DNA from: Dimorphilus gyrociliatus
Lineage: Eukaryota; Animalia; Annelida
Assembly (NCBI GenBank): GCA_904063045.1
Contig: CAJFCJ010000002.1
Location: 1,168,185-1,232,184, forward strand
Direction: 5' to 3'
Length of the DNA stretch: 64,000 bases
A program made the translations under genes and the position numbers. The notes under the pieces are model-generated. The model had not been told where the DNA came from, ran no database searches, and saw nothing but the letters and a program-made list of their open reading frames with translations. Numbering within the stretch: the first letter of the stretch is position 1; each line of letters opens with the position of its first letter. Shown piece by piece: positions 13,288 to 24,900 of the stretch.

Positions 13288-14012
13288 TCAAGAAGTTAAA
13301 ATATCTTCGGCCTCATATTTGAAATCGTCTAATACAGTCGTTATTTTCTCATTTATAAGTTGCATTCTGAAAAATAAAATTTTGTTATTAAAGAGAACTT
13401 TTAATGGTTATATATAATTAACCGTTTTTGTAATTCCCCTAATTCTTCTTCGCTCATCTCCTCATCGTTCACACTTTTCTGCTGAATTTGTAGATCTCTT
13501 GTCTGTAATAATGCTGACTTTATAGAGTGAAAATGATAGGCCCTATAGATCTTACCAAGCCTAGTTTTTCAGCTTCACTTTCCTGAACTATTCTCATACA
13601 TTTGACTATCTGTTCACAACCACTTTGAGACTCAAAGAAGTTAATTATATCCATAATCTGAATAAAATAATTTCGATGAACATGTCAATGATGTAGACCT
13701 GAAACAAACCTGAGTTGAAATATCATTGAAACGTTCAGTGATTTGGTGGACAACTTGTTTGTAGCTCTCGAAATTATAATCTGGAGATGTCTTTAAGTAA
13801 TCCTCGAAGCTTCTACAATTAGGTTTACCGCATTCGGCGGTATTTTGATAATAAATCCTAGCTTTATGATTGCAAAAATAATCTTAACACGAAACCTACT
13901 TGTTTAAGGTATTGTATGCTTCCACTCTGTTTGTCTGCAAAGCAAGAAAATTTCGAACAGCAGATTTTGGAGTATAGTTTTGTTCATTTTGCTTCGAAAC
14001 TGTCTCCGGCAT
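13288..14012 (-). CDS. REX1BD: REX1-B domain protein (C19orf60-like)
   Basis: FLALQTNRVEAYNTL...YNFESYKQVVHQITERFNDIS...QESEAEKLGL...VLDDFKYEAE; five exons. Confidence 0.75.
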
Positions 14013-14269
14013 GTTTTTCACGCATAAAAAGACCAACTGAAAAGAGTTAACAGTAAATAATAGTATAAAATGTATTCTGGACACGAGGCGCCCTCTACAG
14101 TTGAAATTCAAAGAAAACAATAATGCATTTCATTCGTACTTAAACAATATCTAGATATCTGCACATCCAAATTTACAGTAAAATATGTAACATTAATTTA
14201 AATCCTCTCCAACAAAAAAAACAGAAAGGGAACAAGTGTAGAATATATTGACAATTCTTTGACTAGCGT

Positions 14270-15410
14270 CTACATAAATTTGCTGTTATTCTGCAGCCTC
14301 TGAACATGTGTATAAATTTTGAGTGCAGGCCCCAATTTCAAGGACAATCCAGACAGAACATCAGACCTTTTGAGCAACAGCAAGGACTTTCCATCTATTT
14401 CCTGCTCACGAAAAACTTCTGCCTGGGCTTGGAATCCCACGTCTTTAAAGAACTTTACCACGTCTTCTATTGTCCAATCAAACGCGTCGGGTATCTGCTA
14501 CAATTTTAGACGTTTAATTTTATTTGAATCAGAAAGAAAGTAATTCTCACATCTGTTGACAAGACATTGGCTATAATTGGAACTTTTGAAGGTAGGGAAA
14601 CGCTTGTCTGATCGAATTGTACAGGGGACTCTGAAGGTGTTGGCAGACAAGACGCACCATTTTCTGAAGTTATTTTTTTAAATGTATTTTATTATTTTGA
14701 ATTATTTGAGCAAGATATAATAATTACCTATTACTAATTTTTCGGCAGACCCTTCAGATTCCTTTTCACATCTATTGCATACCCATTTTCCTGACGGTTT
14801 TTCAACAACCAAAGGTTTGTGACATTCCATATGATAACCCTTATCGCAAGCGTCACAGAAGAGCATAGTGCTCTGAGGAATTTTAGATTTAAAATATTAA
14901 TCTAAAGAAATGGTATTTTTCTTACTGGATCTCCCGAGTCACAGCAGACACTGCAGGTTTTGCAGTCGATACATTGCCAGGGTGAATGACGAGCTCGTTC
15001 TGCCAGAGATTTCGAATAATCCATGCAGGAAGGATGAGCTTCGGGAAGTAAAAATTAATCTTTATCATTTATTTTTACGGCTTATGATTATCTTACCTTT
15101 CGCTCTACAGTCTTTACAGAACAATAGTTCCTCTTTCTCACCAAGTTTATTACAATCAGCAGTTCGTTGGCAGTAATCACACCTATGTCCACTTTTGTTG
15201 TAGGTCTCTAGCATCTCGTCTGATATATCATTTTCCTCACCATCACCATCATTTAATCGAGCTCGTTTAGTTTCATAGTTAGTGTCCTCGTCATAAGGTT
15301 TACGCTAATCATGGATAAATTTCATCTCAATCTGTACCTATAGGCTTAAATCAGTTCCTTACCTTTTTCTTCGTGGTCATAATCTTCTTCCGAGTGCCTC
15401 CACGGTTCAT
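14270..15410 (-). CDS. Double PHD finger + C-terminal SAM domain protein (SAMD1/atherin-type SAM)
   Basis: CDYC...LLFCKDC...AHPSC...WQCIDCKTC...C...[13 protein letters not shown] tandem PHD. The SAM domain reads [33 protein letters not shown]. The start is ambiguous (15410 or 15508). Confidence 0.85.
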
Positions 15411-15944
15411 AACGAGTCTAAATTTTGCATGTATCAATGTATGTCACCGATCAATTAATCTGTAGGATTGCGATACTGTACCATACAATATGACGTTGGT
15501 GGTGCCATCTTTGGGTCGCTTCATCCAAAATGGCGCTATTTTCTTTAGCTCAAATAGACCTAAAAGTCACAATAGCTATTCACAGACTATTAGGCGTCAC
15601 GCTACCATTGTATATTGTTAACACACCTCACTTCAAATAATACTTGTTATGTATAATAATGCGTTATTATGAATCCCCTATAATGTATACCTATTAATTA
15701 TATCTTAAATTTTTAAAAAGAATATCGAAAGTTATCTTATACGTAATCAACATTGTTTTCCACTAAAGTTTAAAAAGCACTTTTTTTGACATCGGTTTAA
15801 ATATCTAAAAAAAAGTGTAGGAAGAAATTGCGCTAAGTGATCGATATAGATCAATTTATTGAAGGGAAAAGAAGCTTGAAAATCAATTTTCAGATGTCGG
15901 CGTTGACCCTAGATGGCGTGTGAAAGAGTCTCTTTGTACTAAAC

Positions 15945-18900
15945 ATGGCGACTGATCGGCTGATTTTTCAACCTTTGCAACGAATTCAAGAAAATGCACA
16001 TGTTAAATCTTTTGAAGAATATAAGACATTACACACTGAGTCTGTTCAAGAACCGAGTAAATTTTGGGGAAAAATTGCAAAACAATTTTATTGGAAGAAG
16101 GAGCCTTCAGCCGAAAAATTTTTACAATACAACTTCGATGTCAAAGAAGGTAGCATATCTATCAAATGGATGGAAGACGGCGTAACAAATGTCTGCTACA
16201 ATATGCTTGATAGAAATGTTAAAAACGGTCTTGGTGATAAAATAGCTTTCTATTGGTATAAATGATATATTATCATCTATAAGAGAATTTATTATTAACG
16301 CAAAGACATTTTTCAGGGAGGGAAACGATCCAGAAGATTGTGGAAAAATTACTTATAAGCAGCTCTTGGAGAAAGTTTGCAAGTTCTCTAACGTCCTAAA
16401 ATCCCTTGGTACTATTTTAATGATTTTTTTTTTATCAGAATACGTGAACTCTATAACTTTATTTTTTGCAGTATATTTTTAAATTTTAAATAACTCTTAT
16501 AAAATATTTTTAGGAGTGAAAAAAGGAGATACAGTTGCCATTTACATGCCTATGATAATTGAATTGACTGTAGCTATGCTGGCTTGCGCCCGTATTGGAG
16601 CAGTTCACTCCATAGTTGTACGTGTTCTTATTTTCCTAATTGAATATTTAATTTAATAATAATTTCTTATTTGAGTATTATTAATAATGTTGTGATGTAC
16701 AAAAAAATATCCAAAAAAAAACAATGTAGTTTGCTGGCTACTCGATGGAATCGTTGGCGGAAAGAATTATAGGATCCTGCTGCAATATTATAATCGTAGG
16801 AGGTACGATAGTAATAATTTTATAGATGAAAAAACACTTTTATCAGAATTCCTGTAGTTAGTCTTATCACGATTCCCTCGATGTAGCTTCAACAGAAGTC
16901 TTGTTTATTTTTAGAGATCAATTTAGTCATCCTACTTTTTTTCTGTTTACGAATTATATTTATTTTACTTAGTTCGGAGGATTTTCCTCTACGTCCTTAG
17001 CTGAGAGATTGATGGATGGAAACTGTCATGTCGTTATTACAGCAGGTTGGACTTATTCATTTAGATAGACATCTTTTATCGTATACATATATTGTTAACG
17101 ATGTGCTCCTTGATATATTTGTAATTGCCGTATGTTATTTTCCTGTCTTATCTATAAACCTTTCTTTTCTTTAGATGGAGTTTGGAGAGGAACAAAATTA
17201 TTGAATCTGAAAGCGATTGTAGATGGCGCTCTTCAAATATGCGAAAAAACGTTAGTTCTACATACTCGTTTAATATGAAACTTAAAATAAATAAGCTCGT
17301 TATAGAAATCATAAAATTGAAAAGTGTGTTGTCGTAAGACACTTATCACCGGATATGGAAAAAATTGTTGCTGATGAGGCTGGGGATTCATCGAACAATA
17401 GCGACGATGATCCTATTGCAAAGCGACCTTGTCGCACGCTAGAGTTAAAATGGAGAAAGGGTCGGGACGTTTGGTGGCATGAACTAATGAAAAATGCTGC
17501 CCCAACGTGCGAGCCAGAATGGCTAGAAGCCGAAACCCCTTTGTTTATGCTGTATACCAGGTAATTAATATCGCTATCCTTATTTTTAATTAACCTATGA
17601 TAATATTTTTTCAAGTGGGTCAACTGGAAAACCAAAAGGTGTTCTACACACTCAAGCCGGATATATGTTATATGCCGCTACAACTTTTAAATACGTTTTT
17701 GATTATCATGCCGAGGATATTTATTGGTGCACTGCCGATGTTGGCTGGATCACAGGACATAGCTATGTGTGTTACGGTCCACTCGCTAATGGTGCAACTA
17801 GTATTATAGTAATTATTCAATAATTAATATTATTATGTTATTATTTATCTGAATTCTTCATTAACTCAGTTTGAAGGAGTACCACTTTATCCTGATCCAG
17901 GACGATTTTGGGCCATTGTTGAAAAATACCAAGTTAGCAAGTTCTATACGGCTCCAACTGCCATAAGAACTTTAATGAAATATGGAGATGATTACGTTAA
18001 AAAGTACGTTTTCCTTTTACCCTTTGGAAGACTTTAATTATTTATTCTAACAAAAAGGTATGACACCACTTCTTTAAAAGTACTTGGAACTGTAGGAGAA
18101 CCAATTAACCCTGAAGCCTGGTTATGGTATTATAATGTTATTGGTAATGGTCAAGCAGCCATATCAGATACTTTCTGGCAAACAGAAACCGGTGGTCACG
18201 TCTTAACGCCCTTACCTGGGGCAATTCCACTTAAACCCGGCTCTGCGGTATAAATTTGTAAGATTTTATCAATTTATTAAAATATATCCTTTTTTCAAAA
18301 TAGACTTTTCCATTCTTTGGAATAATGCCAGAGCTATTGACAGAAGATGGCCAAATCATCACAGAGGCAAACGTTGAAGGCTATTTGGTGAGTTAATCTT
18401 ATTATTTTTTGCTTATTGAATTAGTAGAGTTTTCCTAAGTTTTGGTTTTCCCAAATTACGTCAGGTATTTAAACAACCGTGGCCCGGTATAATGAGAACT
18501 GTATTTGGTAACCATGAACGGTTCGAAACGACTTACTTTAAAAAGTTTCCCGGCTATTATTGCACTGGGGATGGTAAGCAATTAAATATCCAATGCATAT
18601 CGTTATTGAGCTTGTACTGCAGGAGCGAAGCGTGATGAGGACGGATATATTTGGGTTACGGGTAGAATTGACGATATGCTCAACGTTAGTGGTCATCTAT
18701 TAAGTACGGCCGAAATTGAATCCTCTTTAATAGAACATCCTAACATTGCTGAGGCAGCTGTTGTTGCCCGGCCACATGATGTAAAGGGCGAATGCTCTTA
18801 TTGCTTTGTTACACTCTGTGAGGTATGCAGCACTTATGGAAAGTTTTTAAATCTGATACAATAATTTTTTTTCTTTTTTGAAAAGGGAGCTGAATTTAAC

Positions 18901-19131
18901 GAAGAATTGACAAAAGAATTAATTAAACTTGTCAGACAAAAAATTGGACCATTTGCTCAACCTGAATTTATTCAGGAGGCTCCAGGACTACCAAAAACTA
19001 GATCCGGAAAGATAATGAGACGAGTTTTACGGAAAATCGCAGTTAACGATAGAAATTTGGGTGATGTGTCAACTATGGCCGATGAAAGTGTAGTGGAAAC
19101 TTTATTCTCTCTTAGACCGAAAGGAGCGTAA
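15945..19131 (+). CDS. ACSS2: Acetyl-CoA synthetase, cytosolic/nuclear type
   Basis: [33 protein letters not shown], and an ACSS2-type insert AKRPC...DVWWHELM. Contains a duplicated exon pair. Confidence 0.96.
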
Positions 19132-19257
19132 ACTCTCTGAGCTTCGATAATTAGATGATTGTTTTTCTTTAGCTATTATCAAAGAGAAAATAGTAATCAT
19201 TCCGGTTTGATTTAAATACATAGTAGATCGTAAGTGATCGATCAGTAACTCGTTTCA

Positions 19258-20668
19258 AGTGTTGTTCACGAGTGTTGAATTTGGAGTATATTTCTTTTCA
19301 GCGACTTTTTCCTTGTAACTCTATCACAACTTGCAAGAAATATTGCATAGTGTACTCGGCAACTTGTAGAGTCTCAGTAGACATTGCTAGATTCGTTTAA
19401 CGTAATATTACCGTTATTGAAAATACAAAAACAATAGATAAAATAAAACAGAGGCGTAAACTGCAACCTTTGTATAATATCAAGACATACTTTGATAAAA
19501 AACATAGATCTTGCTCTCCATTCCTAGAAAATTTTACTATCATAAGTCACAAAACGATTCCGAGTCGATTTTATTAATCTGGGTTTCAAATATCCAAAAA
19601 GCGTTAAGGATAAAAAGAAGACATTATAAACACGATTGCGTAACAAGATCTTCGACTGCTCTAAATTATTTACTAAAAAGATGCACGCTCATTGCAGGTG
19701 TCCTCTGGATGTTTAATTTTGAAGTTAAATTTTATCCATCTGATCCAGCGGAACTAAAAAAGAATATCACTAGGTTTGTTTTTGTGATTCGACGGATAAC
19801 ACATGCTTTACTTGGATCATATATTGTTCAAGCTGAACTAGGAGATTACGATCCAGCCGAACATGGACATGATTTTAGCTACTTAAAAGATATGAAGTTT
19901 GCTCCTCAGCAGACCGAGGACTTGCTTATCAAAATTTCCGAACTGCATAAACAACACAGGTTCGTTTTGCAATGCTTTGTTAAATCTCATTACATACAAT
20001 TCGTTGTTAATTAAAGAGGTCAAAAGCCGGATCAGAGCGAATTGCATTATCTTGAAAATGCTAAAAAATTGGCTATGTATGGTGTCGATATGCATCAAGC
20101 AAGGGTAATAATATATAAATTTTTTACAACCTGAATTAACATCAGGGAGCAGAATCAATAACGTATTCTCGCCATCTACAGGATTCGGGAAGTGTTGAAA
20201 TCATGTTAGGAGTATGTGCTAGTGGACTCCTAATTTATCGAGATCGACTACGAATCAATCGTTTTGCTTGGCCTAAAATCTTGAAGATTTCATATAAGCG
20301 AAATTACTTCTACATCAAAATTAGACCGGGAGAATTGGATAACATCGAAAATACCATTGGATTCAAACTGGCTAGTCACAAACTAGCAAAACGTTTGTGG
20401 AAAACTGCTGTTGAACATCATACTTTCTTTAGACTGAAAGAAGCAGAACCAATTATGAAAAAAGGAATGGTAATTGGTCCTAATAAATATAGGTTTGTAT
20501 AATCTTAATAGTCTTTCTTCATTGATAAATTGCTTAAAAGTTATAATCAACTTGGTTAATTATAGGTATTCTGGAAGAACGCAATGGCAAGCTATGTCAA
20601 GTGAAGTTGATAGGGAACAACCGGCATTCCACCGAATATGGAAGCATTCTGACAATGGCATCTTATAA
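19258..20668 (+). pseudogene. Partial, internally deleted tandem duplicate of EPB41 (possibly a truncated coding gene, 19709-20668)
   Basis: Segments match 23580-23668, 25000-25537 and 25690-26525. Positions 19801-20636 look identical to 25690-26525 (offset 5889, identical ORFs in the track). Confidence 0.8.
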
Positions 20669-21959
20669 ATATAGTTTTAAATAATCTCTATAATCTTTCT
20701 TTATTGATAAATTGCATAATAATTATATTCAACTTGGATAATACAGGTATTCTAAATATAATGAATATCTGAATAGCTAAACCATTAAAGAAATTATTGC
20801 GATGAGACGATCCGAGCGTGATGTGCAATTTTCTTTTCGTTGTAGTAATACAAAAACTTTGTGCTTTTCTATTTCTACATCTTTTTATCCGTTATGATCT
20901 TTCGCTTTCTTTCTCTCTTTCTCTCTCTCCAGCTGTTTCTTACTCTGTTTCAATCTAATATGAGTAAAGTACCCGTGGGTGGAGAAAGTATGAGTAATAC
21001 TCTAATTACAACGTGGTTGTAAGAGTTATAAAACTGTTTATTTATAGGCGACGTCTGTTATCCTAATTAGGGAGTCTGGTAGTCTGAAGCATCGGACAGG
21101 TTTTGTTATTGTTGCAGGTTACTCATGCACTGATAAAGAAATTAAGAATTTGATATATATCCTTAATCTTTATACAAACTTTGTTGAATAAATAAATGTC
21201 CGGGATAAAAATATACTTAATAACGAAGTGTGAACAGTTTGATATCTAATATAATGATGGACTGTACGAGTTTTTATGGAGACATAGATTTCCTACTAAT
21301 TCTGAAATTTACATGCAATTCATTAATTAAAAACAAATAACTTTATTGGCGGTTCCGATATTATCTATACAATTTATTTTTGCCCTCTTATTGCAATAAT
21401 CATTAATACGGACTTGAGTAAACTAAAAATAATTGTACGAAAAACGACGTATCTGCGCGCCCCCTATTGTTAAATTACAGCTGCATTGCAAGCAGACCGG
21501 AATTTTGCGGTGGGCTGAGTTCCCTGCAGTTGAGTCATTCGCTTTGCAGCTTTATTTCACTGTCGGATATCCTCACGGTAAAGGTTTGTTTGCTTTCATC
21601 GTATTTCTTTATATAGAAGATTCACTTATTCAGTACAAGTACTGTGATAGTGATAAGAAAATTATTACCTCGTACTTATCTTTCTAATGAGCATCAATTA
21701 CATAGGCAGTATTCAAAGAAAAGCGTTAAATTCATAAAAAATATAAACAAATGAATATAAAGCGATAGCAAAGCAGCACTTAAAATTCATAGTCATAAGT
21801 AGATATGGAACAGGAAGAGGCGAATAATTAACGGCCTAAACCGTGTACTGTCGTTTGGCAAATGTTCGACTACGCCGCTTTGGAATAATTAGATCTCGTT
21901 TCCGTCTTTGTTATATCTTTATACTTGCTAATATTCAAAAATTTTCGCTTATTTAAAGG

Positions 21960-24900
21960 ATGACGGACGTAGAGGGTGACAAGGAGAAAATCGAAATGAC
22001 GGAAGTTAATGGAAATGTAAGTACAATTCGTAATTTTCTGCTATTCGTTCGAATTTATATAAACTTCTTGGAATGATTCAATGGATGACCGAGTCATTGA
22101 AATTTTCTGCTTGGTCGGCTATGTAAGATAAAAATACCAAGTATTTTAAGAGAAATTGTTTTCTTTATTTATTACACCGGGTTATTTGATATTAAACTAT
22201 ACGCATACAAAAATGACCTTCGAAAAACAACCTCGTTAATTATCTCTCTCTGAGTATTATAGTCATATTTATACTCCTCAACATCAGTTGTTCGATTATA
22301 CTCAATATACTTTATTACTAAACAATGGATAAAATGACCTCCGACGTTTTGTGTTTGACTCTGTGAGATCCCTGTGGGAAAATGATGTAATCGTGTTAGC
22401 TAGATAGCGTGAAAGTAGTAGTGTTATTCGGACTGAAGTAACAAAAAATGTTTTCTAAACTCTTAACAAAGATGCGTACCATTATAAAAAAAAAACCTCT
22501 GCAGATGGCGTGAGGTATAGGCAAATTATTCGTTCCAGACGCAACTCTGGAATAGACGAGGAATTCCTTGGGAATTACCATTTACTTTGGCGCTTTTGGC
22601 GCTAACCATCTAGGTCGAAATTTAAGCCTAGATGTACAATAAAATTCAAAAAAACCTGTTACATACACGTAACGCCACTAAATAGTTTAGTTAAAAGTAT
22701 GAAAAGTGTCCATGGAGTTACTCCAGATCCTATACCTATGGGCGAGTCTTTCCATCATCCTAGTTTCATTACTGGCAGTGCAATTTTATATGTCTTTGAC
22801 CATGCACCACGAAGGAAAGCAGATGGCAGAGCAATCGCCAGAACACTATGTAATGCAAAGCGAACCGTCACTTGCTGGTGAAGCGTCGATGGAGAAAGGT
22901 GAAGGTCATGCTTCGGGATGCTACGAAAGAAACCATCGACGGCGTCCACAAAACGCGAGAAGTATAAACAACGTCAAGAGTCTGCAGAGAGTACAAGTAC
23001 GCAAGCTTCCGGTTCCATAAGAGAGTTCGAGCTATTCAAGGAGTTTTGTTCTCCAACAAACCAGTATTTGGTTCGTTTCTCCCTCAACTTCTACAGCTGT
23101 GTTGTATTGTATACATCGAACACTAGTGCCTGGCCGGCTGCAATGCGCACATTTTTTTTACGCCAACGCCAAGCGTGCAGAGAACAAGTACACGATTGCA
23201 CGATAGCAAAAATGTTTGGTTTCTTTTTCTGTCTCATTTTTTACACGTACAATTTAATGAAGACTTTGAATTATGTTTTCTTAGGCCTATCTATTATTTT
23301 GTGCACTCTTTTCAGTAACCTTTTATTAAATTATGATTAACAATTAAACCTTATATTCTTCTTTATTTCTATATATTTTATTTTAATACTTAAACATTAT
23401 CAAGTACTTTAGACTATTATGTTCTCGAAAAGTCATAGTTCAAAAAGATTGAAAGCATCGCAAAAATTTTACGATTGTAGCTTTTGTAAAGCTTAAAATG
23501 ATTGGTCAATACGAATTGTATAATCATTGCTGATTGGTTAATGACTAACGGGGTTCGGAAAAGCCCCTGACTTATTACAGGTGTTGTTCAGGTGTGTTGA
23601 ATTTGAAGTTGTTTTTCTTTTCAACGACTTGTTTCCTGGTGACTCTATCACATATTGCTTAAGAAGAATTGTAAGTCAGACTACGCGATCAAGACCTAAT
23701 AATTTTGTAAAATAGTATAAATATAAACTTATTTTTTTGTGAGCGATATTCGAGTGCGGCGTCTATTCAATGGCTGCCGCTGCTACATTTAGGTCATAGA
23801 TATAACTGATAACATTTTTCTCATCGATTCTATCGTAAAATTTGTCAAGAAGCGAATTTCTTAGGATATTTTCGTTATCAGTATTAATCAGGTAAAAAGT
23901 AGTTCTATAGGGTGGCGCGGAAAGCGCTTTGGACTATCAATTTGTTGCTTGAAACTGTGAATCATTTATTATTTAGCCTCCTTGTACATTATCAAGCTGT
24001 TTCGCTTGTATTAACTAGAATTATTAACTAGATAAGGGAATTTTACTTTTTGAGGATACTATTGGATTAAAATTGGCCGCATATTTGCAGTCAATAAGGC
24101 ATTTTTCTGGTATTATTCATAACATTTACTTTTTTCATAAATATTCAATGTGTGATCTTTAGCGGAAGTACATAATACTCATACTAATTTTAACCTCTTC
24201 AGGAAGCACCGGTTGAAGTGTCTGAGAGTCAACAGACCCCAGTTACCACTCCATCCGAGGAAAAGAAGAATTCCACCCTAATTTCAGAAGAAAAAAGCGT
24301 AAAGGATAAAAAGAAGACAATGTCGGGAAAAGCTGTAAAGTGTAGAGTCATTTTACTCAATGGGGAAACTTTTGAGAATGAAATAGACGTAAGTTTCATT
24401 TATAATTAAACATTTCTGCTCCAAGTTCATTTGTGTAATTCGATACATTTGCTCCACTTCTAACAATATTAGTAACAGTCGAAGAGACTGGCCAACCGGA
24501 CTCTATTTTGTTTCAACTGTCATTGAGACCTTAAAGTCTTTTCTACTATTACTTTCAATAATGACCATCGCCTTAAAATACATTTTAGGCACGTTTCCGT
24601 TTAGCAAACACAAAATACACAATATAAAGTATCTATAGTTGTATAAGATAATAACTAATCGATTGTTATATTGATCAATCTATTTATTCCAGAAAAATGC
24701 TAAGGGGGAAGATTTATTGGAGAAAGTATGCTCGCATTTGAATTTGGTGGAGAGGGACTATTTTGGACTGTCGTTTAACGATACACAGAGTGTTAAGGTT
24801 TTCTATTGAAAAAAATTTCTTTACAATATAGTAAACATTTCATATTTTTTCTATTAGATGTGGCTGAATAACGAAAAGAAAATCGCAAAACAAATGCGAG

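Noticed and set aside
22707-22728. miR-281-like word TGTCCATGGAGTTACTC
   Set aside because: The seed has an insertion and there is no convincing hairpin.
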